A stretch of DNA of 64,000 nucleotides, from NCBI GenBank assembly GCA_963817955.1, contig CAWFQK010000004.1, positions 1,312,001 to 1,376,000 of the forward strand, given 5' to 3'. Shown here one piece after another: positions 1-9,498 of this stretch. The notes under the pieces are model-generated. The model made no database searches and was not told the DNA's origin. It saw only the letters and a list, made by a program, of their open reading frames with translations. Numbering within the stretch: position 1 is the stretch's first letter; each line of letters starts with the position of its first letter. The DNA comes from an uncultured Gemmatimonadaceae bacterium (lineage in GTDB: Bacteria; Gemmatimonadota; Gemmatimonadetes; Gemmatimonadales; Gemmatimonadaceae). Position numbers and translations under genes: made by a program.

Positions 1-444
1 ACCGATATTCACGAGAAACGCGCCGATCTGATGATACGGACCGGTGACGCCGAGCTTGTACCGGTACGTGTCGAACTGATCCCCCTCGATCTTGCTGTCG
101 GGCTGCACGTCGGAGAGTTCCAGGCCCGCGCGGCGTGCCGCGCTGGAAATAGACTCGAGCAGCGCCGGCACTTCGTTCTCGGTGGGCACGAGGCGGCGGA
201 GCACGGCGAGCTCGCGCCCGTAGGCTTCGGCTTCCCGCTTCATCTTTGTGGAGTTGCCCTTTGCCGCGTCGGTCTTGGCGGCGCGGTTGAGCGAGTCGAG
301 CGTATCGAGTCGCGCTTCGATCGCCACCAGTTCCGCATGCTTCGGCGACCAGAGGTATTGATAGTACACACCCGTGAGGCCGAGTGCGAGAATGGCGACG
401 AACAGCAACCGTTGGCTGCGTGGGTTCTGAGGCAAGAGCGCCAT
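1..444 (-). CDS. pilO: Type IVa pilus assembly protein PilO (truncated by window edge)
   Basis: Manual translation from ATG 444: MALLPQNPRSQRLLFVAILALGLTGVYYQYLW...LVPTENEVPALLESISSAARRAGL...GPYHQIGAFL. N-terminal TM helix, coiled coil and PilO-like motifs; directly follows pilN. Confidence 0.85.
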   Translation of the reverse strand, partial: MALLPQNPRSQRLLFVAILALGLTGVYYQYLWSPKHAELVAIEARLDTLDSLNRAAKTDAAKGNSTKMKREAEAYGRELAVLRRLVPTENEVPALLESISSAARRAGLELSDVQPDSKIEGDQFDTYRYKLGVTGPYHQIGAFLVNIG

Positions 445-445
445 A

Positions 446-1198
446 CTACTTCACCGATAGGCTGACGGGCACGCGATGCAGCTGCAGCGTATCCGGGCGG
501 CTATATGCGAGCGTGAGCTGGAACTGCGTCACTTCCTTGCCCTGGTCGAGCGCGAGCTGCGATTGGTCGATCTGCACGTTGGAGAGGAACGGCGACGCTT
601 CGAGATCTTTCATGAAACGTGTCATCGCCTGAATGTCCACCGTGCGGCCCATGATGCGGATGGTGATGGGATCGAGCGGCACAGTGGTATCCAGTCTCTT
701 GGGCGGCTTGTTCTTGTTCTTCGCCGACGTGTCGGCGGGCGAACGCGGCAGCGCGACCACGTCGGTACTGCCCTGCGGGGTGCCGGCATAGCCGAGCACC
801 GTCAGCCAGGTGTACTGCGGCAGCGCGCGGCTCACCTCATCCATGATGTGCGGCCACACGAAACGATCGCCATCGAGCGTGCGGATGATGTTCACCTGGC
901 GCAGCAGCGTGTCACGCGTGGCTTCGGCGCGGTAGCGGTCCTTGAGGAAATGCGCATAGCGCGTGGAATCGCGAACGGCCGCTTCGTGCCGTTCGGTGAG
1001 CTGCGCTTCCGTTCTGCCCTGCGTCAGATACAGTCCGCCCACGGCGGCGGCGGCCGCGACGACGGCCGCGACGGCGACGAGCAGAAACGGGTCGCGGAAG
1101 TGGCCCGACATGCCGGCCACCATCGACTTCAAGTCCACAGATTGGCGGCGGCTCGATTTCTTCTTGCCCGCTCCGGGCAGGAGATTGATTTCGATCAT
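446..1198 (-). CDS. pilN: Type IVa pilus assembly protein PilN
   Basis: MIEINLLP start motif, TM helix, 'SRALPQYTWLT' and 'LEASPFLSNV' PilN-like motifs; lies between pilM and pilO. Confidence 0.88.
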   Translation of the reverse strand: MIEINLLPGAGKKKSSRRQSVDLKSMVAGMSGHFRDPFLLVAVAAVVAAAAAVGGLYLTQGRTEAQLTERHEAAVRDSTRYAHFLKDRYRAEATRDTLLRQVNIIRTLDGDRFVWPHIMDEVSRALPQYTWLTVLGYAGTPQGSTDVVALPRSPADTSAKNKNKPPKRLDTTVPLDPITIRIMGRTVDIQAMTRFMKDLEASPFLSNVQIDQSQLALDQGKEVTQFQLTLAYSRPDTLQLHRVPVSLSVK

Positions 1199-2235
1199 GC
1201 GATGTGACGCAGCGCCAGCCCAATGGGCAGCATGAGCAGAGGGGCGATCTCGTCCGTAACGAGCGACTCCAGCGCGCCGTCGCGCACCTTCAGATTCGCC
1301 AGTGGGTTCGCCTGCTGCACCGTGACGTGCAGTCGGTTGGCGAGCATGTCGTTGAGCCCCGGAATACGCGAGCCACCGCCACAGGTATAGATGGCGCGCA
1401 TGGTCCCGGCGCGAGCGTTCTGCGCCAGGAACGCGGCGGCGCGTTCGATGCCGACGGCGATCTCCTCGCCGCGCCCTTCGATGACTGACTCGAGGTGAGG
1501 CGAACGGTCGTACCCCTGGATGAGCTGCTGCGCCTCGTTGGCCGACAGGCCGCGCTCGCGCTGCAGGTCTTCCCGGAACCGACGTGTGCCGACGGTCAGG
1601 TCGCGTGTGAGCAGCGGCACCCCGTCGTCGAGAATGTTGATGTTCGTCACGTCGTGGCCGATGTTCACCAGGCCAACCACGCCGTTCATTGCGTCGGGAT
1701 GGTTCACCTCGAACGCGTTGTGGAGTGCGAATGCTTCGACGTCCACGATTCCTGGCTCCAGACCGGCGTCCGTGAGCACGCGCATCTTTGATTCGATCAG
1801 CTCACGCTTGGCGGCGACGAGGAGTACACTCATCTCCAGCCCGTCGCCGTCGGGATCGAGGATCTGGAAATCCAGTTCCACCGACTCCATGTCGAATGGC
1901 ACGTGCTGCTCGGCTTCCCACCGCATCAGTTCGCGCGCCTGTTGCTCCTTCACGCGTTCGATCTGAATCTTCTTGATGATCACGTCGCGACCGCCGACGG
2001 CAGTCACGACGCTTTTCGTTTTGACCCCCGCGGACACGAGCGCGCCCTGGATCGCCTCGGCGACGATGCCCGGGTCCATGACCTCGCCTTCGACGATGGC
2101 GTCGGCGAGCAGCGGCGTCACCGTGACGCGCACGAGTTCCGGCTCCCGCTTGGAATGGTCGATAACAGCGACCTTGATCAAGCCTGAGCCGATATCGAGA
2201 CCAACGGTTGTCTTACTCCGACCGAATAGAGCCAT
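1195..2235 (-). CDS. pilM: Type IVa pilus assembly protein PilM (actin-like)
   Basis: VGLDIGSGLIKVA, VNIGHDVTNINI and GGGSRIPGL motifs. Start placed at ATG 2235 (MALFGRSK). Confidence 0.93.
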   Translation of the reverse strand: MALFGRSKTTVGLDIGSGLIKVAVIDHSKREPELVRVTVTPLLADAIVEGEVMDPGIVAEAIQGALVSAGVKTKSVVTAVGGRDVIIKKIQIERVKEQQARELMRWEAEQHVPFDMESVELDFQILDPDGDGLEMSVLLVAAKRELIESKMRVLTDAGLEPGIVDVEAFALHNAFEVNHPDAMNGVVGLVNIGHDVTNINILDDGVPLLTRDLTVGTRRFREDLQRERGLSANEAQQLIQGYDRSPHLESVIEGRGEEIAVGIERAAAFLAQNARAGTMRAIYTCGGGSRIPGLNDMLANRLHVTVQQANPLANLKVRDGALESLVTDEIAPLLMLPIGLALRHIA

Positions 2236-2370
2236 GTGGGGCGCGACAGCTGAGGACGGCGATCGGACACTGTGACTGCATCTTCGCACCCCAGACGTCC
2301 TGTCTCACCGAACACGACCGACCCGGCTGCAGGTAACAGTCAGTACTACAAGTGACGGGCGTCACACATC

Positions 2371-3321
2371 TTAGAACAGCTCCGCCCAGCTCCTCTGGCG
2401 CACCGGATGGGGCGGCAGCGCGAGGCGGAGCGCGTGGGCGACCGCGCAGGGTGAATATCGGACGACCGCCCCCGATAGTCGCACGGCGACGCTTCCATCC
2501 GCTGGCGCGCCAAACGCCAGAAGGGCGCCGGTGATGACCAAACCACCGTTGGGTGACTCAACGCGGCCTCGCGCGATGACGAGCCCGGTCACCGCATACG
2601 GGCCGCTGATCGTGACCGAACCATCGGCGACCAGTATACCGACGAGGGAGCCGCCGGCAATGACGGTATCGCCGTGCACGTGATATACACGGCCACTGGA
2701 GTCCAGGGCCGCCAGCTGCCGCGCCAGGAGAAAATAGGTGGCCGTATCACCGGCCGCCGGCCGCTGCTCGACGCGGATGCTGTCGCTCGCCCTGACTACT
2801 GCACCGGGGGAAACGGCGACATCCGGCCCCACCGCCACGCATTCGGCATCGGCGCTCGTGGTGTCTGCGGCAAAGGCAACTGCATCCAGCCGCACGTCCC
2901 CCCGCGCGACAATCCCGGCCGCCGGCATCGCTGCCAGCGATGGAAATCGCGCGACCACATTCAGCCGGCGATGGCTCTCGTCCACACCGCTGAGCGATGC
3001 GTCTGCCGTTAGCCAGAGCACCCCAGCGCGCAGGCGCGTGACATCGATAGTCACCTGGTACAGTCCAGGCGATGCCGCACCGACGACGTTTGTCGCTCGA
3101 CCCAGTGGGAGCTCGGCCAAGCCAAAACCGACCGGATCCGCCAACACTGTGGCCAGGGCATAGTCGGCGGCCGCCGTCAGCTCGGCGTCGGCAAGCGCCA
3201 GCCGCGACGAGCGCTGCGCGACGAGCGAGGACGTCACACTCCCTGCGACAAGCAGGGCAATCAGCGCCATGAACCCCAGCGCCGCGAACAGGGCGATGCC
3301 ATGCCGTCTCCTCACGCTCAT
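2371..3321 (-). CDS. PilX-like minor pilin / pilus assembly protein
   Basis: RRHG|IALFAAL prepilin-like N-terminus lacking E5 (PilX type); coupled to the pilW/pilV-like genes. Confidence 0.65.
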   Translation of the reverse strand: MSVRRRHGIALFAALGFMALIALLVAGSVTSSLVAQRSSRLALADAELTAAADYALATVLADPVGFGLAELPLGRATNVVGAASPGLYQVTIDVTRLRAGVLWLTADASLSGVDESHRRLNVVARFPSLAAMPAAGIVARGDVRLDAVAFAADTTSADAECVAVGPDVAVSPGAVVRASDSIRVEQRPAAGDTATYFLLARQLAALDSSGRVYHVHGDTVIAGGSLVGILVADGSVTISGPYAVTGLVIARGRVESPNGGLVITGALLAFGAPADGSVAVRLSGAVVRYSPCAVAHALRLALPPHPVRQRSWAELF

Positions 3322-4229
3322 CGTCGATTCCTCAGCATGACCGAGATGACTGCCGAGTCCCGATGGCCGCCAGTGGACGTCGCGGCAGCGAGCGCCCGCG
3401 GCGCGAGCCTCGTCTGCGCGCGTACGGCGATACCGACGAGTGCTACCGCCCGCGTGTCAGCCACCGGGGTCGGAATGGCTCGGCCGGCGCTGTCGATGTA
3501 GGTGAATGCCAGTCCGCCTGATGCTGCCGATAAGAACGGCCCGCTCACGGGTTGGATGGTGTTGAAGCGCGACGACGCAGTATTCCAATCGCGCGCGCCC
3601 AGATACCACGCTCCGTCGGATGCGCGGTACAGACTGTATCGGAAGGGACGAGTGACTCGAACCGGCGTTCCGATGAGCGCAGCCAGCGCGGGCGGGGAAT
3701 CGAGCGACAGGGCAATACGCCCGGCCGTGGCGACGGCGCTGTCCGAGAGATGGGGACCGAGCGGAGAACACTGTCCCGCTGCAGCACCAGTCGCCGACGC
3801 CACGCGGTACGGACGCCAGACGTCGCCCGTGTCCATTGGCGTGAACACCCACGCGGTGTCGCCCGCCTGGATCGCGACCGCCACACTTCCGAATGTGCCC
3901 GCACCTCCAGTTGGAGGCGCGAGCAAGACATGACCAGATGACGTGTCGCAGCCAACGCCGCTGGCAATGGTGGAGCGCAACTCGATTGACGTATCACGCG
4001 CTTCGCCGCTGCGAACGTCTCCCGCCACCGCGGAGGCGGCACGCAGGTCGATGGGTAGAATTGCCGCCGCATCACGCAACTGACCGCCCATGGCTGCGGC
4101 ATCGGCGAGATCGCTGAACACGCGCTGCTGACGCACGCTGACGGCGGAAACGAGCCCGAGGGCCAGGCCGCCAATCACGATCGCAACCATCAACTCGAGC
4201 AGCGTGACGCCGCGCCGCACGCGCGGCAT
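3318..4229 (-). CDS. PilW-like minor pilin (type IV N-methylation motif)
   Basis: RRG|VTLLELMVAIVI prepilin cleavage motif. Confidence 0.75.
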   Translation of the reverse strand: MPRVRRGVTLLELMVAIVIGGLALGLVSAVSVRQQRVFSDLADAAAMGGQLRDAAAILPIDLRAASAVAGDVRSGEARDTSIELRSTIASGVGCDTSSGHVLLAPPTGGAGTFGSVAVAIQAGDTAWVFTPMDTGDVWRPYRVASATGAAAGQCSPLGPHLSDSAVATAGRIALSLDSPPALAALIGTPVRVTRPFRYSLYRASDGAWYLGARDWNTASSRFNTIQPVSGPFLSAASGGLAFTYIDSAGRAIPTPVADTRAVALVGIAVRAQTRLAPRALAAATSTGGHRDSAVISVMLRNRR

Positions 4230-4618
4230 CAGCACGACAGGCGCGTCCGCAGAACGACCGAGCGCGGCACGCCGCGAACCACAAAACCGACACTGTCGCT
4301 CACGTCGCGGGCGCCGCCCGCAATTAACACCACCATCCAGCGCTCTTCCTGCCCATCAGCTGAGCGGGCCTGCCCGACAAGCGGCGCACAAGGACCGGCA
4401 CCGAGCGCCTGCACACGGTTGGCGGCAGTACGTGCCGCCCGATCGCGCGCGTGCAATTCCGACGTCTGGCGCACAAGCACCGCGCTGCCGGCGACGAGCG
4501 CGAAGAGGCCGACATCTATGAGAATGACGGCGAGCAGGACCTCGAGGAGCGTGAAGCCGCAGCGAACGCCAGCGGAACCGGGCGACGCCCGTAGCGTGTC
4601 AATGCGATCGGCTTTCAT
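4229..4618 (-). CDS. PilV-like minor pilin
   Basis: G|FTLLEVLLAVILI motif; its stop overlaps the next gene's ATG. Confidence 0.72.
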   Translation of the reverse strand: MKADRIDTLRASPGSAGVRCGFTLLEVLLAVILIDVGLFALVAGSAVLVRQTSELHARDRAARTAANRVQALGAGPCAPLVGQARSADGQEERWMVVLIAGGARDVSDSVGFVVRGVPRSVVLRTRLSC

Positions 4619-4791
4619 GATGCCACAACACTACGCCTCGGCATGGCCACCCTGGCATCACGCGATGGCATGCGTCATCAATCAACCGCTCAATTTCTTC
4701 GTACGTCCATCGCGAGGTTCGCTAATCCGGAGCCATCCGGCCCTCGCGACGCCCGAAATCACTCAAACAAATCCTCGAAGATTCATATAAA

Positions 4792-4832
4792 GGAACGGCC
4801 CGGGAGCGACGATGGCGCTCCCGGGCCGTTCC
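4792..4832 (-). terminator. Intrinsic terminator after the major pilin gene
   Basis: 17-bp perfect stem GGAACGGCCCGGGAGCG/CGCTCCCGGGCCGTTCC followed by a T-rich tract on the minus strand. Confidence 0.8.
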
Positions 4833-4857
4833 GATCACAGCGTCCAGCGTCCGGGCT

Positions 4858-5238
4858 CTACTTACATACGGGTGCGCCGTCTGGTGCTGTCGCCACGACC
4901 GGGTTCGTCGTGTTCATGCCGATGCCGCAGCTCTGGCCAGTAAGCTGCGAGTGCGTCACGGTCGCCGTCCAGTAGCCGGTCCCGACGACAATCGTCGGAG
5001 TGACACCCGTGGAGCTCCGGACCTTGAGTGCGAGTGTGTCCTTCGTGTAGGACTGGCTGTCGGCGAAGAACGACTCTTCGGCCGTCATGAGGCTGTGGAG
5101 ATCCGACTTCATTGCCGTGAGGTACGCCTTGTCCTTCGAGTTAGCAAACCTCGGGATGGCGATCGCGGCGAGAATGCCGATGATCACCACGACGATCAAC
5201 AGCTCGATCAGCGTGAAGCCTCTGCGCAGTTTGGGCAT
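4858..5238 (-). CDS. pilA: Type IV major pilin (PilA-like)
   Basis: RRG|FTLIELLIVVVIIGILAAIAIP, C-terminal Cys pair, own sigma-54 promoter and terminator. Confidence 0.85.
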   Translation of the reverse strand: MPKLRRGFTLIELLIVVVIIGILAAIAIPRFANSKDKAYLTAMKSDLHSLMTAEESFFADSQSYTKDTLALKVRSSTGVTPTIVVGTGYWTATVTHSQLTGQSCGIGMNTTNPVVATAPDGAPVCK

Positions 5239-5290
5239 GGTCCGTGAGTGGGGAGGAGGGAAGAAAGCGGGGAGGAACGCAACGGCTATG

Positions 5291-5305
5291 GCAATGTGCG
5301 GGCCG
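5291..5305 (-). promoter_or_regulatory. Putative sigma-54 (-24/-12) promoter of the pilin gene
   Basis: Minus strand CGGCCC-GCACA-TTGC (GG-N10-GC), about 50 bp upstream of the pilin ATG; a PilR-like activator is encoded in the locus. Confidence 0.65.
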
Positions 5306-5351
5306 AAGCGAGCACAACAAATAATATGCTGTCACATAACCATTTACGAGA

Positions 5352-7109
5352 CTACTCCCCGCTCTTCGACCTGCTCGGGTGTCTGGCTTTTTGCACGGTA
5401 TCTCGCATTTTGCCAGACGATCCTGCCAATGACAGGGATCCCGGTGAGTGGTTCCCTGCCCGGGCCGCCTTGGCCGAATCGGCGAATACGATCATGCGGC
5501 GGAGCAGCTTGATCGAGCCTCCATTGGAGATCGCCTTGAGCGCCATCGCCTTGCCCTCGTCGTACTGTCCTTCATCCAGCAGGCAGCCCGCAAACCCGGT
5601 CCGACCCATTGGGAAATCCGGGTCCAGCCCCCACGCCCAGCGGTACAATGGAATTGCCGGCTTGCACAACCCCACCAGGCGGTACTGCTCCGCCATGTTG
5701 AATGCTAGAAATGGATCGTACGGAAACAGCGTCAGCGCCTTGTGCAGCTCGGCCTCACCCTCGCGCTTCCTCTTCATCTCGAAGTCCCAAAGCCCAAGCA
5801 TGTAGTGGGCACGATACGCGTCGGGGGAGTCGATGACCGCCTGTCGGAACAGCGTGATGTTGTCTTTCCAGACGCGCGTCCTGAGAGAACTGCGGACCGC
5901 GCCCGTGAGCAGCACCACTGCGCTCGCGGCCGCGGCGACGTACATGACGCGCCGCGAATCAGCGCCGCGCCGGCGCAATGCATCCGCGATCAACACCGCA
6001 ACTTCGCCCAGGACAAGCATGGCGCCCACGCTGGGCAGGAATAATGTGCGTTCGGCGAGAACGATACCGGCCGGGAGCACGAAATTGCTCGATGGGAGCA
6101 GTGCGATGCAGGTGAAGGCGATGCCGAAGCTGATGACGCGCTGGGTGCGGCGGAGGGCCAGGCCGAGGCCGAGCGTTGCGACGAGAAGCATCAGCCCAGG
6201 CAGTTGCGTGTAGCTGATGCCCTGCGCGATCTCGATGGCGGGCGGTCCGTACTCGGAAGACAGATGCGCGGGCCAGAACAACAGTCGTATCCATTGCGGG
6301 ACCACAGCCACCGCCGTGAGCACGCGATCCGGTCCACTGATCTTCAATGTGTTGAACGGCGTGAACGGCGCGAAGCCACCCAGGCCATGGTCGGCCAGCA
6401 CCGCCGCGCGAACAGCGACGAACGTTACGGCGACGAGCGTGAGCGCCAGATAGAACGGACGCAGCTGTCGCACGCGTTCCCGCCACCTCGCACGGTCGTC
6501 GTGGAACAACGTGAGCTCGGCCGCGCCGAGCACAGCGGGGAGCACGATGCCGTGCTCCTTGGAGAAGCATGCGAACGCGTAGAGCGCCAGGATGCCAAGC
6601 GCGGTGGGCAAGCGCAGCGGTCCCTGCTGTCGATCGCGCACGTAGAGAATCAGCGCGCCGAGCACGGCGACGGCGACGAGCAACTCCGACTGCCCCACGA
6701 TGTTGGCTACCGCCTCCACGTGCACGGGGTGCACGGCAAACAACGCCGCGGCGAGCCACGCGGCCCACTGCGGCAGCACGCGGCGCGCGAGCAGGTAGAC
6801 GAGCACCGATACGGCCGCGTACAGCAGGATGTTCGCCGCATGAAACGTGGCCGGAATACCCTTGCCGATCGCGGACTCGACCTTGAACGCGATGATGGTG
6901 AGCGGCCGGTAACCGTCGCCGCCCCAGTCCTTGGGCCAGTACGACTGCTGAAACGCGTGCCACCAGCCATGCAGATTTCGAGTGGCCGGGTTCAGCTCGA
7001 CGACATAGCGGTCATCGTATGTGAACCAGTTCACAATGCCGACCGCGGATGAGGCGAGCGCCAACAACGCAATTCCCCACGCCGGCCAGCGCAGCCGGAG
7101 GCCTCTCAT
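5352..7109 (-). CDS. TMTC-like GT-C membrane glycosyltransferase with C-terminal TPR repeats
   Basis: FTYDD, YRPLT, HPVHVEAVANIVG, SKEHGI, WPAHLSSEY, PSSNF..AERTLFLPS and VWKDNITLF motifs; many TM helices; TPR tail. Confidence 0.75.
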   Translation of the reverse strand: MRGLRLRWPAWGIALLALASSAVGIVNWFTYDDRYVVELNPATRNLHGWWHAFQQSYWPKDWGGDGYRPLTIIAFKVESAIGKGIPATFHAANILLYAAVSVLVYLLARRVLPQWAAWLAAALFAVHPVHVEAVANIVGQSELLVAVAVLGALILYVRDRQQGPLRLPTALGILALYAFACFSKEHGIVLPAVLGAAELTLFHDDRARWRERVRQLRPFYLALTLVAVTFVAVRAAVLADHGLGGFAPFTPFNTLKISGPDRVLTAVAVVPQWIRLLFWPAHLSSEYGPPAIEIAQGISYTQLPGLMLLVATLGLGLALRRTQRVISFGIAFTCIALLPSSNFVLPAGIVLAERTLFLPSVGAMLVLGEVAVLIADALRRRGADSRRVMYVAAAASAVVLLTGAVRSSLRTRVWKDNITLFRQAVIDSPDAYRAHYMLGLWDFEMKRKREGEAELHKALTLFPYDPFLAFNMAEQYRLVGLCKPAIPLYRWAWGLDPDFPMGRTGFAGCLLDEGQYDEGKAMALKAISNGGSIKLLRRMIVFADSAKAARAGNHSPGSLSLAGSSGKMRDTVQKARHPSRSKSGE

Positions 7110-7876
7110 GTGAAGAGGTTGTACTTGGTGATGTGCCAGAACGCGGCGAGACCGTCCTTCCAGCTGATCTTCTTCCCTTCGGCGTACGTGCGGCCCGAAT
7201 AGCTGATCGGCACCTCGAAGATGCGCGCTCCAGCGTGGGCCAGGCGCGCCGTGATCTCGGGCTCGAAGCCGAACCGCTGCGCGGTGAGCCGGGGCAGCAG
7301 CGACCGCCCCAGGTCACCACGCATGGCTTTGTAGCACGTCTCCATGTCGGTGAGGTTGAGATTCGTCAGCATGTTACTGTAGGTGGTGAGCAGCGAATTG
7401 CCCACGGAGTGCCAGTAGTAGAGCACGCGATGTGGTCCACCGAGAAAGCGCGACCCGAAACTCGCATCGGCGCGTCCATCGAGGATCGGCTCGAACAATA
7501 CCGGCCAGTCCGTCGGATCGTACTCCAGGTCGGCATCCTGCACGACCACGATATCGCCGCTGCTCATGGAGAGTGCCTGGCGCGTGGCAGCACCCTTGCC
7601 GCGATTCTCGGGATGTCGGAAGAGCTGATCGATCTTGCCTTGCGCAAGCAACGTCTCGAGGATCTGCTGTGTCCCATCCGTGGAGTGATCGTCCACGCAA
7701 ATGATTTCCTTGGCCATCGGCGTGGCACGCACCTGATCGACGATGATATCGATGGTGTCGCACTCGTTGTACACCGGGATGAGCACGGACAGCCTGACCG
7801 TCGCAGGGTCCAGCGGCGTGCGTGGGCGAAGAATGCTCGGACGGCCGTTCGGAACAGCGGACGCTGTTGGGATCAT
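7106..7876 (-). CDS. GT2 glycosyltransferase (polyprenol-phosphate sugar synthase-like)
   Basis: LSVLIPVYNE, VDDHSTDGT, NRGKGAA, QDADLEYDP, DMETCYK and EGKKISWKDG motifs. Confidence 0.9.
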   Translation of the reverse strand: MIPTASAVPNGRPSILRPRTPLDPATVRLSVLIPVYNECDTIDIIVDQVRATPMAKEIICVDDHSTDGTQQILETLLAQGKIDQLFRHPENRGKGAATRQALSMSSGDIVVVQDADLEYDPTDWPVLFEPILDGRADASFGSRFLGGPHRVLYYWHSVGNSLLTTYSNMLTNLNLTDMETCYKAMRGDLGRSLLPRLTAQRFGFEPEITARLAHAGARIFEVPISYSGRTYAEGKKISWKDGLAAFWHITKYNLFT

Positions 7877-9498
7877 CGCGGTACAGGTGAAAAGATCAGG
7901 CCATTCGGAAACGAGTCACGGAGCGCCAGTTCCGGCGGATGGTGCGATGCCATCTGCATGACGGCCGCGCTGAGCGAGTCGGCAGCCACGACGGCTACCG
8001 CATCCACGTGATAGGCAGCGAGAATCCCGCGCACCGCGTCTGAGCTCGCGGCTGCCGATGCAGGACGGAAGTAGTCGCTCGCCGAAAAGCTGGTTGCCGG
8101 CACGGTGCGCCGGCCCGTGTAGAGATAGAGCAGCGGCTCGACGTTCGACATGACGACTTCGTTGGGGCGCGTGTGCGCGGCAGTCCAGCGAACCAGCGGC
8201 CACACCCGCGCCGTGCCCTGCCGCGGAATGGTCGACCACCACCGGCCGCGGTAGCCGCGAGCGCTGTAGACCCCGTATCCACCCGCGGTGAAGACGACGG
8301 CCGCGAGCAGCACGTAGCGCACCGCACGCGTCCATGGCGCGGCGGGCCGCCATTCGCGCAGCCCGACCGCGCCCACCACCGGCAACGCGAACAGCAACGG
8401 CCACAATCCCCAGATGAACCGCGCCGGCGTGAACGGCCAGGTGAGAACGATCGCGAAGTAGCACACGATGAAGAGCGCGGTCACCGGCGCTCTCTGCCAC
8501 ACGCGCCACAGGCCCGCGCCGATCAGGGCGACGACGAATACCAGCAGCGCGACCCGTGCCGCTGGCATGGCAATGGTGGGCGCAGCGAAGGCGGCGAGCA
8601 TGGCGAGGATCTCGAGACTCGTGCGCCCCAACGTCCGCGCGATGAGCATGACGCCATCGTCGTGCAAACCGCGGAAGAGCCATGCCGTATACGATTCATA
8701 ATTCCCGCGCATCGGGCCGGGCACGAAGCCTTCATGCGCACGGACCCAGAGCTGCCAGGGGAGCATCACCACGACCGTGCACGCGACATAGACAGCGGCA
8801 TCCCGCCAGCGCCGTCGGTAGAGGAACAGCGCCGCGACCGCCGGCACCAGGGCGATGCCGTGGCTGCGGACGAGCGTGGCGACGCCGACCAGGGCACCGA
8901 GCGCAACCACCCGCCCGATGTTTCGCTGTCGATCTTCGACGATGCGTTCGGCATACAGCAGCAACGGCATGAGGAGCGCGAGGAACATCGGCTCCGACAT
9001 CACGAGGGTGCTGAGCACGAGCGTGGGAATCGCCAGACTGCCGCACACCGCCAGCAGCGCGGCGCCCCAGGGGCCGAATGCAAGCCGGCGACGTGCGAAC
9101 ACCACCACGCCGAACGCGGCAGCGGCGAGGAACGCCGCATTCAAGATCTTAAATGCAATAACATTTTGCGGAAACGCGGGGAACACCGTCCAGACCAAGG
9201 CGAGCACTGCCGGATATCCCGGGGGAAAGTGCGTGGCCGGCGGGGCGCCGGGTACGTGGAGCCACCGATACCCCTGTCCGGTCGCCAGCGATTTCGCGAG
9301 GATCACGTACATACCGTCGTCATGCACCGTGCCGACCGGCAAGCCGTCGACGAGCAGCAATCCCACGGCGAGCACGAGCCCGGCCACCATCCACGGCATC
9401 AGACGGGCTATTCGCGCCCCACCCCGCAGCGCGGCCGGCGCCGCAGCGGTCGCCTGCGTCACCGGCACGTCGTCGAGCAAGGCAACGCCAGTCGTCAC
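7873..9498 (-). CDS. Multi-pass membrane glycosyltransferase (GT-C, ArnT/PMT-like)
   Basis: HDDGMYVILAKSLATGQGY, FPPGYPAVLA and MSEPMF motifs; many TM segments; GTG start overlaps the pilR stop. Confidence 0.7.
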   Translation of the reverse strand: MTTGVALLDDVPVTQATAAAPAALRGGARIARLMPWMVAGLVLAVGLLLVDGLPVGTVHDDGMYVILAKSLATGQGYRWLHVPGAPPATHFPPGYPAVLALVWTVFPAFPQNVIAFKILNAAFLAAAAFGVVVFARRRLAFGPWGAALLAVCGSLAIPTLVLSTLVMSEPMFLALLMPLLLYAERIVEDRQRNIGRVVALGALVGVATLVRSHGIALVPAVAALFLYRRRWRDAAVYVACTVVVMLPWQLWVRAHEGFVPGPMRGNYESYTAWLFRGLHDDGVMLIARTLGRTSLEILAMLAAFAAPTIAMPAARVALLVFVVALIGAGLWRVWQRAPVTALFIVCYFAIVLTWPFTPARFIWGLWPLLFALPVVGAVGLREWRPAAPWTRAVRYVLLAAVVFTAGGYGVYSARGYRGRWWSTIPRQGTARVWPLVRWTAAHTRPNEVVMSNVEPLLYLYTGRRTVPATSFSASDYFRPASAAASSDAVRGILAAYHVDAVAVVAADSLSAAVMQMASHHPPELALRDSFPNGLIFSPVPR

